A stretch of 57,268 nt of DNA, the filler included, from Stramenopiles sp. TOSAG23-6 (Eukaryota): assembly GCA_900128565.1 (NCBI GenBank). It is 4 parts of 4 records of this genome, joined end to end, with 100 filler letters (N's around TTAATTAATTAA, not from the genome) between each part and the next. Parts side by side here need not be neighbours in the genome. Positions count along the whole stretch, not along the records: positions 43,137 to 57,268 come from LT636146.1; 3 more parts are not named here. One strand, given 5' to 3'. The notes beneath the pieces are model-generated. The model saw nothing but the letters and a program-made list of their open reading frames with translations, was not told where the DNA came from and searched no databases. Shown one piece after another: positions 43,137 to 55,216 of this stretch. The position numbers and the translations under genes were made by a program. Position 1 is the stretch's first letter; each line of letters begins with the position of its first letter.

Positions 43137-46100
43137 TCATTCAAAGTCAAATTTTGTATATTTGTTAAATTACCAATTTCAGTTGGAATTGTACCAGTAA
43201 GCTGATTCGTTTCTGAAAGCAAATCTGTCATTTTACTTAATTTACCAATTTCAGTTGGAATTGAATCGCTTAGTTGATTTGTACGCAAAGCCAAAGCTTG
43301 AAGTTTTGTTAGTTGACCAATTTCTGTTGGAATTGCACCAGATAGTTGGTTGCCATTCAAGTACAAAATTTGAAGTTTTCTTAGTTGACCAATTTCAGAT
43401 GGTATTGTACCAGATAGGTTGTTGTTGTACAAGTCCAATTCTACTGTAAGGTTTGTTAGTTGACCAATTTCTGTTGGTATTGTACCAGATAGTTGGTTAT
43501 TGCTCAAGCTCAAATCTCCGAGATTTGTTAGTTGAACAATTTCTGTTGGTATTGTACCAGATAGTGTGTTGTTGTTTCTCAAGGACAATGCTGTGAGAAA
43601 GGTTAGTTGACCAATTTCTGTTGGAATTGAACCAGATAAATTGTTTTGTAACAAGCTCAAGACTGAGAGATTTGTTAGTTGACCAATTTCTTTTGGAATT
43701 GGACCAGATAGATCGTTTTCATTCAAAGTCAAATTTTGTATATTTGTTAAATTACCAATTTCAGTTGGAATTGAACCAGATAGTTTGTTGCTGTACAACC
43801 ACAATGTTTGGAGATTTGATAGTTGACCAATTTCTTTTGGTATTGGACCAGATAGTTTGTTATCATTCAAAGTCAAATTTTGTATATTTGTTAAATTACC
43901 AATTTCAGTTGGAATTGTACCAGTAAGCTGATTCGTTTCTGAAAGCAAATCTGTCATTTTACTTAATTTACCAATTTCAGTTGGAATTGAATCGCTTAGT
44001 TGATTTGTACGCAAAGCCAAAGCTTGAAGTTTTGTTAGTTGACCAATTTCTGTTGGAATTGCACCAGATAGTTGGTTGCCATTCAAGTACAAAATTTGAA
44101 GTTTTCTTAGTTGACCAATTTCAGATGGTATTGTACCAGATAGGTTGTTGTTGTACAAGTCCAATTCTACTGTAAGGTTTGTTAGTTGACCAATTTCTGT
44201 TGGTATTGTACCAGATAGTTGGTTATTGCTCAAGCTCAAATCTCCGAGATTTGTTAGTTGAACAATTTCTGTTGGTATTGTACCAGATAGTGTGTTGTTG
44301 TTTCTCAAGGACAATGCTGTGAGAAAGGTTAGTTGACCAATTTCTGTTGGAATTGAACCAGATAAATTGTTTTGTAACAAGCTCAAGACTGAGAGATTTG
44401 TTAGTTGACCAATTTCTTTTGGAATTGGACCAGATAGATCGTTTTCATTCAAAGTCAAATTTTGTATATTTGTTAAATTACCAATTTCACTTGGAATTGG
44501 ACCAGATAGTTTGTTGTTGTTCAACCACAATATTTCAAGATTTATTAGTTGACCAATTTCTTTTGGAATTGGACCAGATAGATCGTTTTCATTCAAGGCC
44601 AATTCTTTGAGATTTGTTAGTTGACGAATTTCATTTGGAATTGGACCAGATAGATCGTTGTCAAACAACCACAAATATTCGAGATTTCTTAGTTGACCAA
44701 TTTCCGCTGGAATTGATCCAGATAGTTCGTTGTTTTTCAATTCCAACCTTTCAAGCTTTGTTAGTTGACAAATTTCCGTTGGTATTGTACCAGTTAGATT
44801 GTTGTCTAGCAAGATCAAATATACAAGACTTACTAGTTGACCAATTTCTTTTGGAATTGAACCAGATAGTTGGTTAGTTGACAAGTCCAACAATTGGAGA
44901 TTTGTTAGTTGACCAAATGCCATTGGAATTGGACCAGATAGTTTGTTCCCTGTTAACTCCAACTCTTTAAGATTTGTTAGTCGACCAATTTCCTTTGGAA
45001 TTGAACCAGATAGTTCGTTGCTGTCCAAGTGCAATAATTCGAGATTTTTTAATTGACCAATTTCTTTTGGTATTGGACCAGAAAGGTTGGTGCTTGACAA
45101 GTCCAAACCTTCAACAAGATTTGTTAGCTGACCAATTTGCGTTGGTATTGTACCAGATAGTGTGTTGTTCTTTCTCAAGGACAATGCTGTGAGAAAGGTT
45201 AGTTGACCAATTTCTGTTGGTATTGTACCAGATAGTTGGTTAGTGCTCAAGCTCAAATCTTTGAGATTTGTTAGTTGAACAATTTCTGTTGGTATTGTAC
45301 CAGATAGTTTGTTATGATCCAAATGCAACAATTGGAGCTTTGTTAGTTGACCAATTTGTGCTGGTATTGTACCAGATAGTTGGTTAGTGCTCAAGCCCAA
45401 TTCTCCGAGATTTGTTAGTTGAACAATTTCTGTTGGAATTGTACCAGATAGGTTGTTGTTGTACAAGTCCAATTCTAATGTAAGGTTTGTTAGTTGACCA
45501 ATTTCTGTTGGTATTGTACCAGATAGTTGGTTAGTGATCAAGCTCAAATCTCCGAGATTTGTTAGTTGACCAATTTCTGTTGGAATTGAACCAGATAGAC
45601 TGTTTTTGTACAAGTGCAAATATTTAAGATTTGATAGTTGACCGATTTCCGTTGGAATTGAACCAGTTAGTAGTTTGTTTTCGTTCAACAACAATTTTTC
45701 GAGCTTTGTTAGTTGACCAATTTCCGTTGGAATCGAACCAGATAGTTTGTTATCATTCAAAGTCAAATTTTGTATATTTGTTAAATTACCAATTTCAGTT
45801 GGAATTGTACCAGTAAGCTGATTCGTTTCTGAAAGCAAATCTGTCATTTTACTTAATTTACCAATTTCAGTTGGAATTGAATCGCTTAGTTGATTTGTAC
45901 GCAAAGCCAAAGCTTGAAGTTTTGTTAGTTGACCAATTTCTGTTGGAATTGCACCAGATAGTTGGTTGCCATTCAAGTACAAAATTTGAAGTTTTCTTAG
46001 TTGACCAATTTCAGATGGTATTGAGCCAGATAAGTTGTTCACTGACAAGTCTGATTGTAGGAGAATTGTTAGTTGACCAATTTCTTTTGGAATCGAACCA

Positions 46101-46866
46101 GTTAGTTGGTTGTTGCTGAAGTACAAAGTTCCGAGATTTGTTAGTTTACCAATTTCTATTGGTATTGTACCAGTTAGATTGTTGTTGTACAACCACAATT
46201 GTATGAGATTTGATAGTTGACCAATTTCTGTTGGTATTGTACCAGATAGTTGGTTAGTGCTCAAGCTCAAATCTTTGAGATTTGTTAGTTGAACAATTTC
46301 TGTTGGTATTGTACCAGATAGTGTGTTGTTGTTTCTCAAGGACAATTTTTTGAGATTTGATAATCGACCAATTTCACTTGGTATTGGACCAGATAGGTTG
46401 TTATAACTCAAGTACAAAGTTCCGAGATTTGTTAGTTTACCAATTTCTGTTGGAATTGAACCAGTCAGCTTGTTATTAAAATACAATTCCCTGTAAAGTA
46501 ATAAATATATGTCATGAAAATAACTTTTTAGAGTCTAGATATACATAATTATTGAAATGTAATGAAGTAAGACAATACTACGTACAAATCGGTAAGTTTA
46601 GTTAAATTACCAATTTCAGTTGGAATTGTACCACTTAGATGGTCGTTTGATGCACTAGATAATAAATGGAGTGTTGTAAGATTTGTTAAGCCACCAATTT
46701 CAGTTGGAATTGTACCGGTACCACTTAGTGCATCTTGTACCAATTTCAATTCAGTAACAATGTCAGGATCGGATGAACCACATATTATCACAGCCCCACA
46801 TACATCATCCAAATCTTTACCAGTTAATGCCTTATATACAGTCTTTGCTGTTTCAATCTCACTCAT
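43137..46866 (-). CDS. Plant-type LRR protein with >45 repeats, 3' truncated; exons 46866-46586 and 46490-43137
   Basis: Continuous 24-25 aa LxxLxLxxNxLSGxIPxEIG repeats. Confidence 0.9.
46491..46585 (-). other. Canonical GT...AG intron (95 nt), not of the repeated family
   Basis: TT|GTACGT...TTTACAG|G gives in-frame TDLELYFNNKLTG. No family core sequence. Confidence 0.8.
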
Positions 46867-47095
46867 TACGTAGTATACTTGGATTATATATTAGAAGTCA
46901 CGTAGTAGCGCGGCCGTTTTCAGTTAGACTTTATATTCAGTACTTATCGTATAGGCGGTATATAATTGAGTCGAGTCGAAGTGTAACGGAATTAGATCAC
47001 ACGGGTACAAAAAACAACAAAAAAATACGTCACGTAGTACACGTACACATGTCGTTGGCGTTGGGTGTCACTGTCACGAATTGCAAAAGATCGAT

Positions 47096-48988
47096 TTAAC
47101 AACTAATAAATCCTTTATTATTCTTTCCTTCGCAAAATTTTGATTTCAATATTTCATTTCCATTCTTATATATTATTTCAATATAATCTTCTGAATGCGA
47201 TTGTATGTCATTAAAATAGATAATGATGAGTATCAAAAAGGCAAACGGCAGCGCGATGCAACATGTTAAATCGATAAATCCAGCAAGGCGTCTTGCGGAA
47301 CTTTGTGTAAAATCATCAATATCCATATCTTTTTGTACCATTTGAGCAATTTCACAATATTTAGTATCACTGGATTTTTTCATGATATTCTCTTTCACAG
47401 AATCACCAGATAATGGTGCAACTTTGGCATTTTGATGCTTCGATCGCCGTTGAAGGACTTCAATACGTTCTACGTTTGGATCGCCTCGACAACATAATGG
47501 AAGTCTAAGGGCTAGATTGGCCCACATGTGCAGTAGTCTTGCAATCAAAATGTTGTGTGAATCTTGATATCTCCATCGTGTATTTGCTTGATTAATAATT
47601 AATGCCCACTCTGAAAATGTAATCATATCAATAGGTTTATTTGTGTTTTCATCAAAAATACCATTCGACTTTCCTTCACTAATATTATTCACCTTTTTAT
47701 TTCTACCATCAGCTTCTTTTAAAATTGAAAGTGTGGTCATATCAATATCATCATTTGTGTTTTTATCAAAATTCATCTTTTTATTTTCCGTCTGCTTTTT
47801 CATTTTACCTTCCAATACTCGATGAACAATCTTTAAAATTGAATTTGCGCTGATGTCGTCTATTCCCAATTTACTCATACCATTGACAATTTCTGTTTTA
47901 TCAAGAAACCCATCTTTGTTGACGTCAAGCTCTGAGAAAAGCGTCAAGAGTTGCGATGTGCTTTTGTATCCTGAAGGGGTCTTTACATTATATAAAGATA
48001 CTACAACTATAGATGCTGCAACCGTGGCGAGCATCATAAACATACACGTCATATATAGTTTCGACATGACCGTCCATTCACCAACCTTTGGGATTTCATC
48101 GTGGGCTACAAAATATATTGCTACTACTGTTAGAAGGGTGGTAATACCAAGACCAATCCGTTCGCCACTATCAGGGTTTAAGAGAAAACCCAAGAAACCC
48201 ACAATTGTACAAAGAGCCATTGGTGCAATAATAGAGTATACATAAGAGAGAGACTCACGCTTCACTACTAAAGTATACTCAATTACGGCATATGGCTCGG
48301 GGCAACATGAATAAATTGTCTCTACGTATTCAGTTTCTATTCTAATAAGCCTCATTTCAGTATGTTGCTTAAAGCTGTCAACCGTAACTGCTGCTATTTT
48401 ATTTCCTGTTGACCTCGGTATTATATCAAAATCATTTTTATTCATTGCCCAAGACCCTAGAGTAAACTTGCAACTTTGGACATCAAATGGGAATTTTTTC
48501 AGATCTAGACTGCAACCCATTTTTATGGTTTTTGGCTGGCTGTAAAATATTTCTCCACTTTCATAAACTGTGATCTGGGGCTTAATTGCTTCGTTAACAT
48601 CAATTGATTCGTATACAACATCATCAGGAACCCATAATTCTTCTCGTGGCACAAGGAGAACTTTTTCGTTTTTATAACCAGCTGTATTTTTATCCCACTT
48701 CAATCTGGCATCTTGCCAATAATGCCGCCACCACCCATTGACAGTAATTGTCTGGCTCGCTGTATCAAAATTGACAATACTCTGAAGAGAAAGCTGTATT
48801 CGAAGCTTCTGCTGGCCGTCTAGGTCTGTGGGCGTTCCTGTTTTTTTCTTGTCATAGCTATTAAAAAGAGTATCTCGCAAAGTTGTTGCAACCACCATAG
48901 TTTTTCCAACCTCCCGAAATGGAGTGATAACATTCAAGCATATGACACAAAAATATATTGAACTAGTTTTAAAGGCATACATTTTCAT
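47096..48988 (-). CDS. Pentameric Cys-loop ligand-gated ion channel, nicotinic alpha-like, with intracellular EF-hand
   Basis: WQDARLKW, LWVPD, Cys-loop CSLDLKKFPFDVQSC, LGSW, loop C YSCCPEPY, DSGERIGLGITTLL, four TM helices, EF loop DVNKDGFLDKTE. Confidence 0.9.
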   Translation of the reverse strand: MKMYAFKTSSIYFCVICLNVITPFREVGKTMVVATTLRDTLFNSYDKKKTGTPTDLDGQQKLRIQLSLQSIVNFDTASQTITVNGWWRHYWQDARLKWDKNTAGYKNEKVLLVPREELWVPDDVVYESIDVNEAIKPQITVYESGEIFYSQPKTIKMGCSLDLKKFPFDVQSCKFTLGSWAMNKNDFDIIPRSTGNKIAAVTVDSFKQHTEMRLIRIETEYVETIYSCCPEPYAVIEYTLVVKRESLSYVYSIIAPMALCTIVGFLGFLLNPDSGERIGLGITTLLTVVAIYFVAHDEIPKVGEWTVMSKLYMTCMFMMLATVAASIVVVSLYNVKTPSGYKSTSQLLTLFSELDVNKDGFLDKTEIVNGMSKLGIDDISANSILKIVHRVLEGKMKKQTENKKMNFDKNTNDDIDMTTLSILKEADGRNKKVNNISEGKSNGIFDENTNKPIDMITFSEWALIINQANTRWRYQDSHNILIARLLHMWANLALRLPLCCRGDPNVERIEVLQRRSKHQNAKVAPLSGDSVKENIMKKSSDTKYCEIAQMVQKDMDIDDFTQSSARRLAGFIDLTCCIALPFAFLILIIIYFNDIQSHSEDYIEIIYKNGNEILKSKFCEGKNNKGFISC

Positions 48989-49198
48989 CTAGTTCTATGG
49001 CGACGGCGACAAGCAAAGGGTATAAATAAAGATGGAATTTCAAATTTGAAATTTAAATTTGAAATTTAAATTTAACGCTTTATTCGCTCCTCTGCGATCT
49101 GCTTGTATTTTTGTGTGTGTTTACATTGTAAAGTTGTAAGACTATAAATTCCCTTTGGTACAAGTGTAATTCCTATACCGTATATAGATTAGCTACGT

Positions 49199-49723
49199 AT
49201 GTCAACAAAAACACATTATGATAAAATTCCTAAAAAGGGGGAATTCTCATCAAATATTTGCGAATGCTTAGATGACTTACCCTCTTGCTTGTGTTCAGCG
49301 GTATGCTTTCCATGCCAATATGGAAGATTAGCTCAAAGAGTGAGGTTTGAACTTTTAGGTGTTTCGGGACAGTGGCTCTGGACCTTCATTCAGATTTTAT
49401 TAAATGCTCTCCCATGGATAATAGCTACTATATTCACAGTGATAGCTAAAAAGAAATATGAATATCGAATATTAGTTTCATTTATATTCTGGATATTTTC
49501 CGTGATAATTCTCCTCCTGCTGAGGTTCAAAATGAGACGTGTTTTTCGTATTGAAAAACACGATTGTCAAGACTGTTTATCATCATTCCTCCTTCCTTGG
49601 TGTATGCTGGCTCAAATGTCCAGACATGTTGAACTCACCACATGCGATCTTGAAGCTCCACCTCTCGATAATATACAAATGGAGGATAATGATGAGGGAA
49701 ATTTTAAGACAATGAAAATGTAA
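49199..49723 (+). CDS. PLAC8-family Cys-rich membrane protein
   Basis: FSSNICECLDDLPSCLCSAVCFPCQYG...R.KMRRVFRIE..DCQDCL..FLLPWCMLAQMSRH. Confidence 0.9.
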   Translation: MSTKTHYDKIPKKGEFSSNICECLDDLPSCLCSAVCFPCQYGRLAQRVRFELLGVSGQWLWTFIQILLNALPWIIATIFTVIAKKKYEYRILVSFIFWIFSVIILLLLRFKMRRVFRIEKHDCQDCLSSFLLPWCMLAQMSRHVELTTCDLEAPPLDNIQMEDNDEGNFKTMKM

Positions 49724-49797
49724 AGAAAAAGTTCAATTGTGGTAAAACAAAGAAAAATACAATAAAATTTTATACACGACTTCATATAGCATTCAAA

Positions 49798-51132
49798 TCA
49801 CTCTCTGTCTTCTCGAACAAAAATGTCACGTCCATTCAGTTCAGTATCATTGAGCGTATTAATCGCATTTCGCGCGTCGGCTGCGTTTGTATATTCCACA
49901 ACTCCGCCGCCAGAGGATCTTCCATCTCTGTATTTAAGAACTTCTGCATGTTTAACATCACCAGCAGCTCTCATGTGATCTTTTAGATCTTGCCATTCAA
50001 CTGACCAATCCAAGTTACCGACAAAGACCGAACATCCTCTACCCCCACTTCTTCCCCCACCTCTTCTTGAATTTCTTTGATTTCCTCTTCGTAAATCCTG
50101 TTGGGAATTCGATGGCTTTAGGTGAGAGCCAACGAATCTGTTGGTATTACTCTTACCTTGGCTTCTTCTTGAGTTGTAATTGGAATTGGATTTGGAATTG
50201 GAATTAGAAATGAAATCATTTGTATTTGAAATTCCTTCCCGATTTTCGCGCACATGAATTGATCGATCATTCAACATTGTATTATCCAAGAGTTTTATCG
50301 CAGCAAGTGCATCGCCTCCATTGCTAAATTCCACAACACCACCGCCAGTAGACCTTCCATCCTCGTACATGAATACGTCTGCACGTACGACATCACCTGC
50401 AGCTCTCATGTGATCTTTTAAATCCTGCCAAGTGACGGACCAAGCCAAATTACCGACATATACAGATGTCCCGACAGTCGCGTTGCTCGAAACATACTTA
50501 TCGTTAAGGGGAACACCTCCAACTGTTCTTGAATTTTCTTCTCGATTTTCGCGGACAAGAATTGGTCGATCATTCAACATTGTATTATTCAACAATTTTA
50601 TCGCATCATATGCATCGCCTCCATTGCTATATTCCACAACACCACCGCCAGTAGACCTTCCATCCCTGAATTTGAATACATCTGCACGTACGACATCACC
50701 AGCAGCTCTCATGTGATCTTTTAAATCCTGCCATTCAACAGACCAATCCAAGTTACCGACGTATACTGAAAAACACGTATCCTGCACATCATTTTTGACA
50801 GATTTTCCTCCATATTCGTCAGCATATATTCTCGCATATACTACCTTTCCGTCAAAATCTTGGTTGGATAGCAACGGAATAGCTCGTTTTGCATCTTCCG
50901 CACTTTGAAACTCAACCACGCCGGCGCCACCAGAAGGAAGAATATCAGCACGCAACACTTCGCCTCCAATCATAGCAAAATCTTTCAAATCTTGCCACCG
51001 GCAGTTGTATGGGAGATTCCCAATATAAACACGCTGGTTCGTTCCAGCGTGAGAAGAACGCCTGTTTCCTCCGTTCATTTTTGAATATGGTGACCTCCTA
51101 GCTGAAGATGTTCTACGACGCTGAGCTGGCAT
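49798..51132 (-). CDS. Gbp2/Hrb1/hnRNP M-like RNA-binding protein with four RRMs
   Basis: Four copies of VY(I/V)GNL.W...WQDLKD...G.V..A.V...GGGVVE...VRE.RE. Confidence 0.9.
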   Translation of the reverse strand: MPAQRRRTSSARRSPYSKMNGGNRRSSHAGTNQRVYIGNLPYNCRWQDLKDFAMIGGEVLRADILPSGGAGVVEFQSAEDAKRAIPLLSNQDFDGKVVYARIYADEYGGKSVKNDVQDTCFSVYVGNLDWSVEWQDLKDHMRAAGDVVRADVFKFRDGRSTGGGVVEYSNGGDAYDAIKLLNNTMLNDRPILVRENREENSRTVGGVPLNDKYVSSNATVGTSVYVGNLAWSVTWQDLKDHMRAAGDVVRADVFMYEDGRSTGGGVVEFSNGGDALAAIKLLDNTMLNDRSIHVRENREGISNTNDFISNSNSKSNSNYNSRRSQGKSNTNRFVGSHLKPSNSQQDLRRGNQRNSRRGGGRSGGRGCSVFVGNLDWSVEWQDLKDHMRAAGDVKHAEVLKYRDGRSSGGGVVEYTNAADARNAINTLNDTELNGRDIFVREDRE

Positions 51133-51369
51133 AAATTTACCCGGTTTCCTTTGTCCACTAACTCTGTTTCTTTGACCTTTCTTAATTTTCCCTCGCTTTT
51201 ACTTTAGGAATTCTAAGAAAAAAAGAAAATTTACAATGGAAATTTGACTTAAGAGACTGCTAAAAACAGTATCCGTTGTTTTTACAACTATAACAACACA
51301 CGCGACGAGAGATCTTGATCTCAAGATCTTGAGATTCCAGTTGAGCTTGCAATTATTGAGCGAACTTTA

Positions 51370-51381
51370 TTAGGGTTAGGG
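51370..51381. promoter_or_regulatory. TTAGGGTTAGGG motif in divergent promoter
   Basis: Exact double hexamer between genes starting at 51132 (-) and 51483 (+). Confidence 0.5.
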
Positions 51382-51482
51382 TTGCTAGATAAATGTAACT
51401 GTACGTAGGCTACTAGGTCAAAAGTTAATCAAAAACTAATAAATATAATCAATTAACACGAAATTGTAGATCAGCGAGATAG

Positions 51483-54400
51483 ATGCTAATATCTAATGCT
51501 CTTTACACGGACACAAAAATTGTTGATGCATTAGACACTGTGGAATCTGATCTGTCTTCCTTTTCAAAACGTCTTTGTAAGGCTGCTTTGAATGAAATGA
51601 TTGACTTAGAGAACACCATCCTTTCTAAATCAAATGGTAGTCTCATAGAGGAAGTCAATAGTAATATCATAGAGGAAGTCAAGAGTAATATGTACATGCA
51701 TCCAACGCCAGTATGTTGGGGCAGTAGTCGTTGTCAGAGTACAGACGCTCATGATAAATTAGTTAGGTCGATACAAAATCATTATCAAGAAGCTAAGCAA
51801 CAACAGATAAATCCTACAGCCAAAGAATCCAAGCAACTTCCTCAGTGGATTTGCGAACTACCAACAAAACTTCCTGATGTACCACAAGGGCTTCGTGAGT
51901 ATTGCAAAAGTGTGGTTGAAAGTGGATTAGTTGCCGCCGCTAAAAGTTTTCTTAAAGATGAAAATATTCCAGATTCATTACTTTCACCTGTGAAACACGT
52001 TATTAGTGGAAGAAGCGAACAAATTAGGGAATTAAGAGACCCAAAATGCGCACAATTTTTTGCTACATTATTTCATCATATTCAATTCAACGCACCTACG
52101 GCTTGCGAGTTTACAGGTTGGGATCTTTACCATGGACATTTATTTCTTCACAGAAGAGATTCTTTACGAAAAGGTGTCACTCAAAATAAATTGCTACAAA
52201 ATTCTGTACTTACTGAGTACTTGCAAAGTACGTATGACATGGGAATACTCTTTCACGCGAAGGAGCATCCTCGTGAATATTCTTGTACTGGTAAAAAAAT
52301 ATATCCTATCGGTCATAAATTAATGGGTGGTACAAAAGATCCTCGCTCAGGCTCGAAATGTAGTGTTCGTGATACTGACTACGGTCTCCGAAATTATCTC
52401 TGGCTCATGTCGTGTGTACGTTTTCATTTTAATTTTTTTTTGTTTTTTTTGTTTTTAGTACGAAATTCTGTACCTAACGATTATTTTTTTGAAATATTTT
52501 TTCACGATACGTAATAAAATCGTAGTGTTAGACCCAACAGTTGAAAAGGGCTTTCCCAGCCAACTTTTTCAAGATGGAACTGCTGGTAGTATTTTTCTTT
52601 CAGTGAATGCTTTTGGATTTGGCCTGTATCTTGGAGATGTTAATTATTTTCCTGGAATCACAACCAATTTTGATTGTACGAATCATAAATTTAGTTGCAA
52701 AAATAGTACAAAAAATAGTTGTGTCAAAAAAACATGCAAACTCATAAGGGTAAAACAGCTTTGTGCTATTGCTGATAAACAAAGAGCTTCAATTGGAATA
52801 CAATACACATGTGAGAAACAAAAGAAACAAAAGGGTACTCATATAAGACAAAAAAGCGATGAAAGTTCGAATAATGATGCAGATAGTGACACTAGTGGTG
52901 ATAATGGAACTATTTTGGAAAGTTCGAATAATGATGCAGATAGTGACACTAGTGGTGATAATAGAACTATTTTGGAATCATTGAATTCAACTATAAATTA
53001 CACGGAAGGTAAGGTGAACGCCATGGAGCAGTTGGAAACAGGTAATTCAGAGACAAATGGCATACGCAATAATGACATAAATGAAGATTCAAAATGTATT
53101 GGTGGTACGATAAATAAATCACTAAATGACATAAATGATACTGAAAGTGGAGTTTGTCTAGGTGGATTGAGTGCTAATCGATTGAGAGAAATATCAGCTT
53201 GGCGAAAGAAGCACAAAAGTAGCTATAGTATTGATGCTATCTTGGGTTCTGGAGATTATGGTTCTGATATACAGATTGCTCTTACGAGTTCAAAAGCATA
53301 TAATGCACCAGCTTCGGATTTTTGTCTTTATGTTCTCAGTTTAATTGGTATAGCCATAGATAACGCAGAGGCATATAATAGAATAAATGGCGCAGCTAAT
53401 ATAGAGCACAAACGGGTAAGTTCACTTGAAGACCATCAAGTTCTTCACACATCAACATTCAATATTTATTCTGTTGCAGAAGCTGCAGAAGCCCTAGACC
53501 TTTTAAGTGGATGCAAGATTGCTCAAGGGTTAAAAATTATTCTGAATTCTTTGAATAAAATTGTCAATCCTGTTCTATCTATGCTATGCGCTGAATCAAG
53601 GGCAGTTGCAACAGCTTCGTTTACAAAGGCAACAATGCGTTTATCGCGGATAGAGTCAGAGGTGGAACAAAAACGCGAAAAGTCTTTTTTGGAAGAAATG
53701 GCTAAACTTCAGAGTAATGTTGGTGCATTCGGTCTTACTCGATTGCATGCCGCGAAGAGCTTGGATTTAACAAAAAAACTATGTTTTACTGAAGGAAGAA
53801 TAGCCTATAGTGCTTTTAGAGCTGAATGTTTATTGTCTGTAGCATTTCCTCAATATAGAATAAATTTAATTAAAGAACAACAAAAGAGAATTTCAACACC
53901 TCATATTGGAAAGGCTAAAAGTGACTGTGTTCATATAAAAGATGTATTATTTCAAAGACTTACTCTAGAAAAGATTGTAGGCAAAACTCGAAAGCGAAAC
54001 AATAGTAATGTACAAGACATTAAGAGTACATGGAAGGAGTCATCGATTAGTGGTATCCAATCACAATCATTGCTGTCTAAAACAGAGGCCTATAAAAACC
54101 TAGTGCATCGTAATTGTGTGACGTGTGCATCTTCAATAAAAATGCACTCTGAAGACATTGATATTGGTTCTTTACACTCCCGTCGTCGCGGTATTCGTTC
54201 TTCGAAACCTATTCTAACAAGAGGTGACTCAATTCAAAATCTTTCTGTATCTGAAGAAACAAAAGAAAATATGTTATGCTTGTTCTGTGGTAATGTATTT
54301 TGCGGTCGATATACAAATCGCCACATGTTAGATCATATGAAAAGTAGTGGTCATTTGGTAGTTATTGGATTAAAAAAAGGCACCATTTGGTGTTACGGAT

Positions 54401-54888
54401 GTGACACAGCTCTTGACCCTACAATACCGGAATTAAGACGTTATCACCGCGCTGTACTTCGAGGTCATGGTACAAAACGAAGAAGACGATCGGCAACAAA
54501 TGTTTCAGATAGTACTTCAACTAGCACAGAATATCAAACGGATAAGTCAACATCGACAGTGTGTGTTGAGAGTGATGAACAACCGGAACTTCCTCTGTGG
54601 GCTAACATTGGGCCCTTTACATTTGAGCTAGCATATAAGGTTCTTCATAGTGTCCACAGTTCCTGTACGAGACCAACAAGAGCTTTACAGGCGCTTTTAT
54701 TGGCTACTGAAGAGCAAATGAGAAAAACAAATGCAACTGACAAAGAAAAAACAAATCTTGAACTGGAGATCGATACAGCAATATCAAAAGCTATTCAAGA
54801 AGATGAAAATGCCTGGTTAGCCGAAAATAAACGTGTCACAGCGAAATTTGCTAAGGCTATTGCGATATTTGGAGAAGAGGAAGAGTAA
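51483..54888 (+). CDS. Protein with uncharacterised N-terminal domain and C-terminal zf-UBP zinc finger; exons 51483-52415 and 52513-54888
   Basis: CLFCGNVFCGRYTNRHMLDH...GH..VIGL....IWCYGCD is a zf-UBP motif. The two ORFs join in frame (WLMSC|NKIVVLD). Confidence 0.8.
52416..52512 (+). other. Repeated-family intron, GT...GT (97 nt)
   Basis: GT|GTACGT...GTACGAAATTCTGTACCTAAC...CACGATACGT|AAT. The next two AGs (+13, +19) are out of frame. Confidence 0.8.
52861..52974 (+). repeat. 57-bp in-frame tandem duplication
   Basis: ESSNNDADSDTSGDN(G/R)TIL encoded twice. Confidence 0.9.
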
Positions 54889-55216
54889 CACCCACCTTAA
54901 CTTGATTAAATTATAGTGTAAATGGTAGATACTAGTTCTACTTAAATAACTTATTGTAAATAAATGAAATCATAGAAAAATTTAGCCATTTGTAACAAAA
55001 ATAAGATTCCTTATTTACCTAGCTAGGCTATAGAGACAATTACTGCGGGTAACAACAATACCATAGTAAATATAGCTAAAAGTAAAATATTGAGAAGTCT
55101 TTATTAAAATTATTATTAGCTAATTATTGATATTAAATGCAGTACCAACATTTGTTAACAAAATGCATGTAATTCAAATATTATCTAAAATTCTGTTTTA
55201 ATTTATCTATTTTATC

